Of a stretch of 64,000 nucleotides of DNA, positions 15,985 through 31,731 are shown in pieces. A program made the position numbers and the translations under genes. The notes below the pieces were generated by a model. That model saw only the letters and a list, made by a program, of their open reading frames with translations, searched no databases and was not told where the DNA came from. Position 1 is the stretch's first letter, and each line of letters starts with the position of its first letter. The stretch lies in assembly GCF_009914755.1 (NCBI RefSeq), contig NC_060948.1; one strand, written 5' to 3'. This DNA comes from the human T2T-CHM13v2.0 reference genome, Homo sapiens.

Positions 15985-17540
15985 TACATATACCTTATGT
16001 ATATAATAATATACAGTATCATATATATAATATATATAACCTATGTATAATATTGTTTTACATCCTGCATCTTATGTTATATATATTGTATAAAATATAA
16101 TAATTGATAATATATAAGTTTTATATTTATACAATATGACATATAGTATATATTATAATTTATGACATATATAATATATGTTATATATCAAATATAGAAT
16201 ATATTATACGGTTAATATACGTATTAAATATAAATTATACATTATATATATTATATAAAATATATCTATTATATATAATACCCATTATAAATAATATATA
16301 TATTATATCTATGTTATATATAGTATAAAACAACACATAATAATATATAATTGTATATATAAAATGCGACATATAATATATATTATATTTTATGACATAT
16401 GTAATATATATTATATTATATATAATACGTTGTATGTATAATACCTATATTAAATATATATTATATGACTATGTTATTAATTACATGTCACATATATTAT
16501 ATATTATATATTTTACATGGAATATAAAGGTAACATACAATATATACTATGTTACCTATAATGCATAATTGATTACATGTGAAATAAAGAATGCAATATA
16601 TTATGTATAGTTTATAATATACAATATGTGGAATGTGATATATATAACATATAATATATGATATATGATATACAGTATATGGTATATAACATACAATATA
16701 TGATACCTAATATATATGGTATACAATATATATTTTATGATATGTATTCTATATGTTTTATATTCTGTTATATATAACTATTTGAAATTATATATAACTG
16801 TATAATATTTTATGTAAATATGTAATATAATATATATAACTATATGATATATTATATATAACTATATATTATGTTATATATACTTTCATAACATAATTTA
16901 CATAAAATGTCATAATATAATATATATTATATTATTTCATATTACATAATATATATTACATATCACCCAACATAAGTAACATACATAATATTATAATATA
17001 GATTATATTATATTATATTAAATATCATATATATCATGTATCATATATTCTAAAATATATATTACACATTATATAATATGTATGTTGTCTATTATGTGAT
17101 ATATATAACTATATATATAATTATATTATTATACATATAACTACATAAACATGTAATTCTACATATTTTCATTTATAATATATAGAATTATATAATCATA
17201 TATAATTATTTATATTCTATAAAAAATTATATCATTATATAAATTATAATATATAAAAATTATTATATGTACTACAAATATATATATTATATATCATATA
17301 TGATATAGTACCTTTGTTATATATCATAATACATATAAATGTGTATTATGTTATCTATAATTATATAATTTCATATATAAGATGTATAATATGTATTATA
17401 TATAATACACGTTATGTAATATATATAGTATATATAAGATGACACAGGATAAATATTATATACTATGACATATAAAATATATGAGGTTATATGTTACATA
17501 TAAGGCATAGCACATAACATGTAATATATACCATATATAA

Positions 17541-17832
17541 TTTTTTTTTAGACAGAGTCTTGTCCTGTTGCACAGGGTGGGGTACAATGGCGCCAACTTT
17601 GCTCACTGCAACATCTGCCTCACGGGTCCAAGCGATTGTCCTCCCTCAGCCTCCCAGGTAGCTGGGACTACACCACACTGGGACTACACCAGCTGCCACC
17701 ATGCCTAGCTAATTTTTTGGATTTTTAGTAGTGACAGCGTTTCACTGTATTGGCCAGGATGGTCTTGATCTCTTCACCTTGTGATCCCCTTGCCTTGGCC
17801 TCCAAATTTGCTGGGATTACAGGCCTGAGCCA
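17541..17832 (-). mobile_element. Alu in DYZ2 unit 8
   Basis: Copy carrying the GACAGAGTCT / CAACATCTG haplotype. Confidence 0.95.
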
Positions 17833-18402
17833 AGATCCATATTTTTTAAATGAAAAAAAATTTCAAAGGTACTCTGCTTGGTACAATAATCAAATGTATA
17901 AACTGAGGAATAAAACATAACCATGAAACCTACTTATAACTGCATATGGAAAATACAGAGGATAATTTTTTAAATAACATATTTTGAAAGCCTTAACTAG
18001 TAATTTGAAGAGTTGGCATTTGAAAGGCCAGTATGAATATACCTTCAAAGCAGCAACACAGGTTCCCCATGAGAAAAAGCAAACTCAGGGAAAATAAAAC
18101 CACAAAGGTTCAATCTCTTCTGACCTTTGAAAGACACAGCACAGACAGTGGTCCTTAGGACGAAGAGCAGGAGACCCCTAATTCCGTCACCATGGCGATA
18201 GGGCATAAACATTGCTGGGTGAGGGCACAATCCACATTGTGAGGTCCAACTGCTGCCAGGAAGACAGGAGTGCTTTTACATAGACCTAAATGTCATTGAA
18301 GGCTCAGAGTTTTGTTTCAAGAACTGAATCCCAAGCCCACACGTTATTAGGCTGCGCTTCCTAAAACAAGTTGTGAGATGGGAAAAAGGGCACCCACAAA
18401 CA
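17833..18402. repeat. HSATI-type subunit, unit 8
   Basis: Copy of 899-1468. Confidence 0.8.
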
Positions 18403-19937
18403 TACGTATACATTATGTATATAATAATATACAGTATCATATATATAATATATATAACCTATGTATAATATTGTTTTACATCCTGCATCTTATGTTATAT
18501 ATATTGTATAAAATATAATAATTGATAATATATAAGTTTTATAATTATACAATATGACATATAGTATATATTATAATTTATGGCATATATAATGTATGTT
18601 ATATATCATATATAGAATATATTATACGGTTAATATACGTATTAAATATAAATTATACATTATATATATTATATATAATATATCTGTTATATATAATACC
18701 CATTATGCATAATATATATATTATGTCTATGTTATATATAGTATAAAACAACACATAATAATATATAGTTGTATATATAAAATGCGACATAAAATATATA
18801 TTATATTTTATGACATATGTAATATATATTATATATTATATATAATACGTTGTATGTATAATACCTATATTAAATATATATTATATGACTATGTTATTAA
18901 TTACATGTCACATGTGTTATACATTATATATTTTACATAGAATATACCGGTTACATACAATATATACTATGTTACCTATAATGTATAATTTATTACATGT
19001 AAAATAAAGAATGCAATATATTATGTATAATTTATAATATACAATATGTGGAATGTGATATATATAACATATATTATATGATATATGATATACAGTATAT
19101 GATATATAACATACAATATATGATACCTAATATATATGGTATAAAATATATATTTTATGATATGTATTCTCTATGTTTTATATTCTGTTATATATAACTA
19201 TTTGAAATTATATATAACTGTATAATATTTTATGTAAATATGTAATATAATATATATAACTATATAATATATTATATATAACTATATATTATGTTATATA
19301 TACTTTTATAACATAATTTACATAAAATATCATAATATAATATATATTATATTATTTCATATTACATAATATATATTACATATCACCAAACATAAGTAAC
19401 ATACATAATATTATAATATAGATTATATTATGTTATATTAAATATCATATATATCATGTATCATATATTCTATAATATATATTACACATTATATAATATG
19501 TATTTTGTCTATTATGTGATATATATAACTATATATATAATTATATTATTATACATATAACTAGATAAACATGTAATTCTGCATATTTTCATTTATAATA
19601 TATAGAATTATATAATCATATATAATTATTTATATTGTATAAAAAATTATATCATTATATAAATTATAATATATAAAAATTATAATATGTACTACAAATA
19701 TATATATTATATATCATATATGATATAGTACCTTTGTTATATATCATAATACATATAAATGTGTATTATGTTATCTATAATTATATAATTTCATATATAA
19801 GATGTATAATATGTATTATATATTATACATGTTATGTAATATATATAGTATATATATGATGACACAGGATAAATATTATATACTATGACATATAAAATAT
19901 ATGAGGTTATATGTTACATATAAGGCATAGCACATAA

Positions 19938-20252
<315 letters not shown>

Positions 20253-20822
20253 AGATCCATATTTTTTAAATGAAAAAAAATTTCAAAGGTACTCTGCTTG
20301 GTACAATAATCAAATGTATAAACTGAGGATTAAAACATAACCATGAAACATACTTATAACTTCATATGGAAAATACAGAGGATAATTTTTTAAATAACAT
20401 ATTTTGAAAGCCTTAACTAGTAATTTGAAGAGTTGGCATTTGAAAGGCCAGTATGAATATACCTCCAAAGCAGCAACACAGGTTCCCCATGAGAAAATAC
20501 AGACTCAGGGAAAATAAAACCAAAAAGGTTCAATCTCTTCTGACCTTTGAAAGACACAGCACAGACAGTGGTCCTTAGGACGAAGAGCAGGAGACCCCTA
20601 ATTCCGTCACCATGGCGATAGGGCATAAACATTGCTGGGTGAGGGCACAATCCACATTGTGAGGTCCAACTGCTGCCAGGAAGACAGGAGTGCTTTTACA
20701 TAGACCGAAAGGTCATTGAAGGCTCAGAGTTTTGTTTCAAGACCTGAATCCCAAGCCCACACGTTATTAGTCTGCGCTTCTTAAAACAAGTTATGAGATG
20801 GGAAAAAGGGCACCCACAAACA
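20253..20822. repeat. HSATI-type subunit, unit 9
   Basis: Copy of 899-1468. Confidence 0.8.
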
Positions 20823-22378
20823 TACGTATACATTATGTATATAATAATATACAGCATCATATATATAATATATATAACCTATGTATAATATTGTTTTACA
20901 TCCTGCATCTTATATTATATATATTGTATAAAATATAATAATTGATAATATATAAGTTTTATATTTATACATTATGACATATAGTATATATTATAATTTA
21001 TGACGTATATAATATATGTTATATATCATATATAGAATATATTATACGGTTAATATACGTATTAAATATAAATTATACATTATATATATTATATATAATA
21101 CATCTGTTATATATAATACCCATTATGCGTAATATATATATTATGTCTATGTTATATATAGTATAAAACAACATATAATAATATATAATTGTATATATAA
21201 AATGCGACATATAATATATATTATATTTTATGACATATGTAATATATATTATATATTATATATAATACGTTGTATGTATAATACCTATATGAAATATATA
21301 TTATATGACTATGTTATTAATTACATGTCACATGTGTTATATATTATATATTTTACATAGAATATACCGGTTACATACAATATATACTATGTTACCTACA
21401 ATATATATTTGATTACATGTAAAATAAAGAATGCAATATATTATGTATAATTTATAATATACAATATGTGGAATGTGATATATATAACATATATTATATG
21501 ATATATGATATACAGTATATGATATATAACATACAATATATGATACCTAATATATATGGTATACAATATATATTTCATGATATGTATTCTATATGTTTTA
21601 TACTCTGTTATATATAACTATTTGAAATTATATATAACTGTATAATATTTTATGTAAATATGTAATATAATATATAACTATATAATATATTATATATAAC
21701 TATATATTATGTTATATATACTTTTATAACATAATTTACATAAAATATCATAATATAATATATATTATATTATTTCATATTACATAATATATATTACATA
21801 TCACCCAATATAAGTAACATACATAATAGTATAATATAGATTATATTATGTTATATTAAATATCATATATATGATGTATCATATATTCTATAATATATAT
21901 TACACATTATATAATATGTATGTTGTCTATTATGTGATATATATAACTATATATATAATTATATTATTATACATATAACTAGATAAACATGTAATTCTAC
22001 ATATTTTCATTTATAATATATAGAATTATATAATCATATATAATTATTTATATTCTATAAAAAATTATATCATTATATAAATTATAATATATAAAAATTA
22101 TAATATGTACTACAAATATATATATTATATATCATATATGATATAGTACCTTTGTTATATATCATAATACATATAAATGTGTATTATGTTATCTATAATT
22201 ATATAATTTCATATATAAGATGTATAATATGTATCATATATTATATATGTTATGTAATATATATAGTATATATAAGATGACACAGGATAAATATTATATA
22301 CTATGACATAAAAAACATATGACGTTATATGTTACATATAAGGCATAGCACATAACATGTAATATATATCATATATAA

Positions 22379-22670
22379 TTTTTTTTTAGACAGAGTCTGA
22401 TCGTGTTGCACAGGGTGGGGTTCAATGGCGCCATCTTTGCTCACTGCAACATCTGCCTCACGGTTCCAAGCGATTGTCCTCCCTCAGCCTCCCAGGTAGC
22501 TGGGACTACACCACACTGGGACTACACCAGCTGCCACCATGCCTAGCTAATTTTTTGGATTTTTAGTAGTGACAGCCTTTCACTGTATTGGCCAGGATGA
22601 TCTTGATCTCTTCGCCTTGTGATCCCCTTGCCTTGGCCTCCAAATTTGCTGGGATTACAGGCCTGAGCCA
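22379..22670 (-). mobile_element. Alu in DYZ2 unit 10
   Basis: Copy carrying the GACAGAGTCT haplotype plus several private substitutions. Confidence 0.95.
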
Positions 22671-23240
22671 AGATCCATATTTTGTAAATGAAAAAAAATT
22701 TCAAAGGTACTCTGCTTGGTACAATAAACAAATGTATAAACTGAGGAATAAAACATAACCATGAAACCTACTTATAACTGCATATGGAAAATACAGAGGA
22801 TAATTTTTTAAATAACATATTTTGAAAGCCTTAACTAGTAATTTGAAGAGTTGGCCTTTGAAAGACCAGTATGAATATACCTTCAAAGCAGCAACACAGG
22901 TTCCCCATGAGAAAAAGCAAACTCAGGGAAAATAAAACCGCAAAGGTTCAATCTCTTCTGACCTTTGAAAGACACAGCACAGACAGTGGTCCTTAGGACG
23001 AAGAGCAGGAGACCCCTAATTCCGTCACCATGGCGATAGAGCATAAACATTGCTGGGTGAGGGCACAATCCACATTGTGAGGTCCAAGTGCTGCCAGGAA
23101 GACAGGAGTGCTTTTACATAGACCGAAAGGTCATTGAAGGCTCAGAGTTTTGTTTCAAGAACTGAATCCCAAGCCCACATGTTATTAGGCTGCGCTTCTT
23201 AAAACAAGTTATGAGATGGGAAAAAGGGCACCCACAAACA
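22671..23240. repeat. HSATI-type subunit, unit 10
   Basis: Copy of 899-1468. Confidence 0.8.
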
Positions 23241-24798
23241 TACGTATACATTATGTATATAATAATATACAGTATCATATATATAATATATATAACCTAT
23301 GTATAATATTGTTTTACGTCCTGCATCTTATGTTATATATATTATATAAAATATAATAATTGATAATATATATGTTTTGTATTTATACAATATGACATAT
23401 AGTATATATTATAATTTATGACATATATAATATATGTTATATATCATATATAGAATATATTATACGGTTAATATACGTATTAAATATAAATTATACATTA
23501 TATATATTATATATAATATATCTGTTATATATAATACCCATTATGCATAATATATATGTTATGTCTATGTTATATACAGTATAAAACAACATATAATAAT
23601 ATATAATTGTATATATAAAATGCGACATATAATATATATTTTATTTTATGACATATGTAATATATATTATATATTATATATAAAACGTTGTATGTATAAT
23701 ACCTATATTAAATATATATTATATGACTATGTTATTAATTACATGTCACATATGTTATATATTATATATTTTACATAGAATATACCGGTTACATACAATA
23801 TATACTATGTTACATATAATGTATAATTTATTACATGTAAAATAAAGAATGCAATATATTATGTATAATTTATAATATACAATATGTGGAATGTGATATA
23901 TATAACATATAATATATGATATATGATATACAGTATATGATATATAACATACAATATATGATACCTAATATATATGGTATACAATATATATTTTATGATA
24001 AGTATTCTATATGTTTTATATTCTGTTATATATACCTATTTGAAATTATATATAACTGTATAATATTTTATGTAAATATGTAATATAATATATATAACTA
24101 TATAATATATTATATATAACTATATATTATGTTATATATACTTTTATAACATAATTTACATAAAATATCATAATATAATATATAGTATATTATTTCATAT
24201 TACATAATATATATTACATATCACCCAATATAAGTAACATACTTAATATTATAATATAGATTATATTATGTTATATTAAATATCATATATATCATGTATC
24301 ATATATTCTATAATATATATTATACATTATATAATATGTATGTTGTCTATCATGTGATATATATAACTATATATATAAATATATTATTATACATATAACT
24401 GGATAAACATGTAATTCTACATATTTTCATTTATAATATATAGAAATATATAATCATATATAATTATTTATATTCTATAAAAAATTATATCATTATATAA
24501 ATTATAATATATAAAAATTATAATATGTACTACAAATATATATATTATATATCATATATGATATAGTACCTTTGTTATATATCATAATACATATAAATGT
24601 GTATTATGTTATCTATAATTATATAATTTCATATATAAGATGTATAATATGTATTATTTATTATATATGTTTTGTAATATATATAGTATATATAAGCTGA
24701 CACAGGATAAATATTATATACTATGACATATAAAATATATGAGGTTATATGTTACATATAAGGCATAGCACATAACATGCAATATTTATGATATATAA

Positions 24799-25090
<292 letters not shown>

Positions 25091-25660
25091 AGATCCATAT
25101 TTTTTAAATGAAAAAAAATTTCAAAGGTACTCTGCTTGGTACAGTAATCAAATCTATAAACTGAGGAATAAAACATAACCGTGAAACATACTTATAACTG
25201 CATATGGAAAATACAGAGTATAATTTTTTAAAATAACATATTTTGAAAGCCTTAACTAGTAATTTGAAGAGTTTGCATTTGAAAGGCCAGTATGAATATA
25301 CCTTCAAAGCAGCAACACAGGTTCCAAATGAGAACAATCAAACTCAGGTAAAATAAAAGCACAAATGTTCACTCTGTTCTGACCTTTGAAAAACACAGCA
25401 CAGACAGTGGCACTTAGGACCAAGAGCAGGAGATCCCTAATCCCGTCACCATGGCGATAGGGCATAAACATTGCGGGGTGAGGGCACAATGCACATTGTG
25501 AGGTCCAATTGCTGCCAGGAAGACAGGAGTGCTTTTACATAGACCGAAAGGTCATTGAAGGCTCAGATTTTCGTTTCAAAAACTGAATCCCAAGCCCACA
25601 CGTTATTATGCTGCGCTTCTTAAAACAAGTTATGAGAAGGGAAATAGGGCACCCACAACA
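25091..25660. repeat. HSATI-type subunit, unit 11 (most diverged copy)
   Basis: Colinear with 899-1468 but with many substitutions. Confidence 0.8.
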
Positions 25661-27187
25661 TACGTATATAGTATGTATATAATAATATACACTATCATAT
25701 ATATAATATATATAACCTATGTATAATATTGTTTTACATCCTGCATCTTATATTATATATATTATATGTAATATAATAATTGATAATATATAAGTTTATA
25801 TTTATACAATATGACATATAATATATATTATATTTTATGACATATATAATATAGATTATATATCATATATAGAATATACTATACGGTTAATATACGTATT
25901 AAATATATAATATACATTATATATATTATATCTACGTTATATATAACATTAACTATAGATAATATATATATTATATCTAGCTTATATATAATATAAAATA
26001 ACAGATAATTATATATAATTGTATATATAAAATATGACATATAATATATATTATATTTTATGACATATATATCATATATATTATATATTATATATAATAT
26101 GTTGTATGTATAATACATATATTATATATATATTATAAGTCTAAATTATTAATTATATGTAATATATATTATATAGTACATATTTTACATTTCATACACA
26201 TATTACATACAATATATACTATGTTACATGTTACCTAGAATTTATTATATATAATATAATGTATGTCATATATTATATATACTTTATAGTATGCAATATG
26301 TGGAATGTGATATATATAACATGTAATATATGATATATGATATACGATATATGATATATAATATACAATATATGATACATTTTATATATGGTATACAATA
26401 TATATTTTATGATATATATTATATATGTTTTATATTATATTATACATAACCATTTAATTATATATAGCTCTATAATATTGTAGGTAAATATATAATATAA
26501 TACATACAACCATATATTATGTTATTTATAATTTTATTACGTACATTCAATAATATATCATAATATAATATATATTATATTATATTATTTTATATTACAT
26601 AATATATATTATATATCACATAGTATGTGTTACATACATAATATTTAAATATATATTATATTATGATATATTAAATATTATATATATTATGTATGCTATA
26701 CTGTATAATATATATTATATATTATATAATATGCAGGGTGTCTATTATATGATATATATTATAATATATATAATTATATTATACATATAACGATATAAAT
26801 ATGTAATTATATTTAACATTATTTATATTACATATAGTTATATAATCATATATAATAATTTATATTATAAAAATAATTATATCATTATATAAATTATAGT
26901 ATATATAAATTATAATATGTGATAAATAATATATATTATATATCATATATGATATAGCATATATGTTATATATCATATTATATATCAATTTACGTTATGA
27001 TATCTATAATTATATATTTTCATATATAAGATGTATAATATGAATTATATATTATATATGTTATTAAATATATACTTTATATAAAATGACACAGGATAAA
27101 TGTTATATATTATGACATATGATATATATGCGGTTATATATTATATATGAAGCATATTACATAACATATAATATATATCATATATAA

Positions 27188-27479
<292 letters not shown>

Positions 27480-28046
27480 AGATCCATATTTTTTAAATGA
27501 AAAAAAATTTCAAAGTTATTCTGCTTGGTACAATAATCAAATATATAAACTGAGGGTTAAAACATAACCTTGGAACATATTTATAAGTGCATATGGATAA
27601 TACAGAGGATAATTTTTTAAATAACATATTTTGAAAGCCTTAACTAGTAATTTGAAGAGTTGGCATTTGAAAGGCCAGTATGAATATACCTTCAAAGCAG
27701 CAACACAGGTTCCCCATGAGAAAAATCAAACTTAGGGAAAATAAAACCACAAAGGTTCAATCTTTTCTGACCTTTGAAAGACACAGCACAGACAGTGGTC
27801 CTTAGGACGAAGAGCAGGAGACCCCTAATTCCGTCACCATGGCGATAGGGCATAAACATTGCTGGGTGAGGGCACAATCCACATTGTGAGGTCCAACTTC
27901 CGCCAGGAAGACAGGAGTGCTTTTACATAGACCCAAAGGTCATTGAAGGCTCAGTGTTTTGTTTCAAAAACTGAATCCCAAGCCCACACGTTATTATGCT
28001 GTGCTTCTTAAAAAAAGTTATGAGATGGGAAATAGGGCACCCACAA
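27480..28046. repeat. HSATI-type subunit, unit 12
   Basis: Colinear with 899-1468. Confidence 0.8.
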
Positions 28047-28939
28047 TTATATCTATACATTATGTATATAATAATATATAGAATCATATATATAATATAT
28101 GTAACATATATATATAATACTGTTTTACATCCTGCAGTTATATTATATATATTATATGTATTATAATAACTGGTAATGTATAAGTATTATATTTATACAC
28201 TATGACATATAATAATTATATTTTATGCCGTATATAATATATATTATATATCATATACCAAATATATTATATGGTTAATATACGTATTAAATATATAATA
28301 TACATTATAAATATTATATCTACGTTATATATAACATTCACTATAGTTAATATATATATTATATCTAGCTTATATATAATATAAAATAACATATAATAAT
28401 ATATAACTGTATATATAAAATATGACATATAATATATATTATATTTTATGACATATATATGATATGTATTATATATTATATATAATATGTTGTAAGTATA
28501 ATACATGTATTAAATATATATTATATGTCTATGTTATTAATTATATGTAATATATGTTATATATTACATATTTGATATAGAATACACATGTTACATAGAA
28601 TATATTCTATGTTACATATAACGTAGAATTTATTATGTGTAATATAATGTATGGCATATATTATAAATTCCTTATAATATACAATATGTGGAATGTGATA
28701 TATATAACTTGTAATATATGATATATGATATACAATATATGTTATATAACATAGAATATATGATACATAATATATATGGTATAGAATATATATTTTATGT
28801 TATATATTATATATGTTTTATATTTTATTATATATAAATATTTAAAATTATATATAACTGTATAATGTTATACGTAAATATATAATATACTACATATAAC
28901 CATATATTATGTTATATAAAATTTTATTACATACTTTCC

Positions 28940-28965
28940 ATAATATATCATATGGACTCCTTTGG
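28940..28965. other. DYZ2-to-DYZ1 array junction
   Basis: ...TAATATATCAT-A-TGGACTCCTTTGGAATGG...: the left side matches DYZ2 (compare 26551-26562) and the right side matches DYZ1 (compare 35281 onward). Confidence 0.93.
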
Positions 28966-31731
28966 AATGGTCTAGTATGCAATGCAATCGACTGGCAGGG
29001 AATTAAAAGGCATGCAATCGAATGGATTGCACAGGAATGCAATGGACTCGAATAGATTGGAAACAGAATGCAAAGGAATGGAATGGAATAGTATGGAATG
29101 GAATGGAAAGGAATGGAGTGGAATAGACTAGAGTAGAATGGAATTTACTCGAAAGCAATGGACTGGAATAGAACTTTCTTGAATGGGCTGGAATCAAACG
29201 GAATGGAATGCTGTGCAATCAAATAGAATGAAAGAGAATCAAATCCAATCGAATGGATTGGAAAGGAATTGACTGAAATGGAATGGACTAGAATGGAAGG
29301 CAAAGGAATGGAATCTATAGGAATGGACTGTAATGGAATGGAATGGAAGGGATTGGAATGGAATCGAATGGAATGGACTGCAATAGAAAGGATTCGAATG
29401 GAATGAAAAAGAATTGAATGGAATAGAACAGAATGGAATCAAATCGAATGAAATGGAATGGAATAGAAAGGATTCGAATGGAATGCAATCGAACGGAATG
29501 GAATCGAACGGAATGGAATAAAATGGAAGAAAACTGGCAAGAAATGGAATCGAAATGAATGGAGTGTTATGGAACGGACTCAAAAGGAATTGAATGTAAT
29601 AGAATGGAGTGGAGTGGACTCGAATATAATGGACTGGAATGGAATGAAATCACATGGAATGGGAACGAATGGAATGGAATGGAAAGGAATGGAATCGAAT
29701 GGAAAGGAATCGAATGGAAGGGAATGAAATTGAATCAACAGGAATGGAAGGGAATAGAATAGACGGTAATGGAATGGACTCGAATAGAATGGACACGAAT
29801 GCTCAAATTGAATGGACTCGAATGGAATGGAAACGAAAGGAATGTCATCGAATGTAATTGAATCGATTGGAATGAAATCGCATAGAATGGAGTGGAATCA
29901 AATGGAATTGAGTCGAAAGGAAAGGAAGCGAATGGACTGAAATGAAATGGAATGGAATTGAATGGAAAGTAATGCAATGGAATAGAATGGAACGAAATTT
30001 CACGGAATGGAATCAAACTGAATGGAATCAAATCAATGGAATCAAATCAAATGGAATGGAAAGGAATTGAATGGAGTAGATGGGATTGGATGGGATTGGA
30101 ATGAAATGTACTGGAAAGAACTCGAATTTCATGAAACGGAATGGAATGAATTGGAACGGAATGGACTCGAATGGAATGGAATGTCATGGAATGGCATCAA
30201 ATGGAATGGCATCAAATGGAATGGAATCGAATGCAATGGAATGCTATGGAATGGAATGGAATGCATTGGAATGGAATGTCCTCTAATGGAATGGATTCGA
30301 GTGGAATGGAATCGAATATAATGGAGTCGAATGAAATGTAATTGAAAGGAATGGGATCGAATACCATGTAATATACTGGAATGTAATGTAATGAACTCGA
30401 ATGTAATTGACTGGAATGGAATGTACATGAATGGAATGTAATCGAATGGAAAGTAATCCAATGGAATAGAATCTAATGCAATAAAATCGACTCAAATAGA
30501 ATAGAATGTAATGGAATGGAGTGCAGAGCAATGGAATGGAATGGAATGGAATGCAGTGGAATGGAATGGAATGGAATGCAATGGAATGGAATGTATTAGA
30601 ATGTAATGAACATTAATGGAATGTACTCGAATGGATTCGACTGGAATGGAATGTTCTGGAAGTTTATGGACTCCAATGGAATAGATTCGAAAGGAATGGA
30701 ATCGAACGGAATGGAATCTAATGGAATGGAATTAAATGGAAATGAATCAAATTGAATAGCACGGAATTGAATTGAATGGAATAGAATGCAATGTAATCTA
30801 ATGAAACAGAAAGGAAAGGAATGGAATGGAATGGAATGGGCTGGAATGGAATGGAATCGAAACGAATGGAATGGAATCGAACTAAAGAGACTGGAATGGA
30901 ATGCACTGGAATGGAAGGGAGTGTAATGGAAGGTTCTCGAAAAAAATGGAATCGAATGGAATGGAATTGAATGGAACGGAATAGAGTCGAATGGAATTGA
31001 ATGGAATGGAATGGACTAGAGTGAAATGGAATCGAACCACAAGGAATGGACAGGAATAGAATGGTCTCGAATTGAATGGAATCGTATGGAATGGCATCAA
31101 ACGGAATGGAATGGACAGCCACGGAATGGAATGCACTCGAATGTAATGGAGTCGAAACTAATGGACTGGAATAGAATGGACTCGACTGGTACGGACTCCA
31201 ATGGAATGGAATCGAATGGAAGGGAATCGAACAGAATGGACTCGAAGGGAAAAGACTGCAATGGAAAGGTCTCGAATGGAATGGAAATTAATGGAATGGA
31301 ATGGAATCGAATGAAGTGGAGTCTAAAGGAATGGAATCGAATGGCAAGAAATCGAATGTAATGGAATCGCAAGGAATTGATGTGAACGGAACGGAATGGA
31401 ATGGAATCCAAAGGAATGTAATAGAATGGAATGGAATCAAATGGAAAGGACTCGAATGGAAATCACTCGAATAGAATGCAATTTAATAAAATAGGATCAA
31501 ATGTAATGGAATGGAATGGAAAGGAATCGAAACGAAAGGAATGGAGACAGATGGAATGGAATGGAACAGAGAGCAATGGTATAGAATGGAATGGAATCAT
31601 CTGGAATGGAATTGAATGGAATGCAATAACATGAAATGGAATGGAATGGAATGGAATGCCCTTGAATTAAATGGACTGGAATGGAATGGACTCGAACAGA
31701 GTGGAATGGAAAGTGTTGAAATAGAATGGAA
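28953..31731 (+). repeat. Short (2779 bp) junction-proximal DYZ1 unit with internal deletions
   Basis: Marker spacing 28971 to 31750 is 2779, against 3549 for the next unit. It lacks the segment carrying the AGGCCT and GAATTC sites. Confidence 0.9.

Noticed and set aside
28685-28700. GTGGAATGTG motif in the DYZ2 AT block as a homology seed for the junction
   Set aside because: It lies ~260 bp upstream of the true breakpoint and occurs in every DYZ2 unit.
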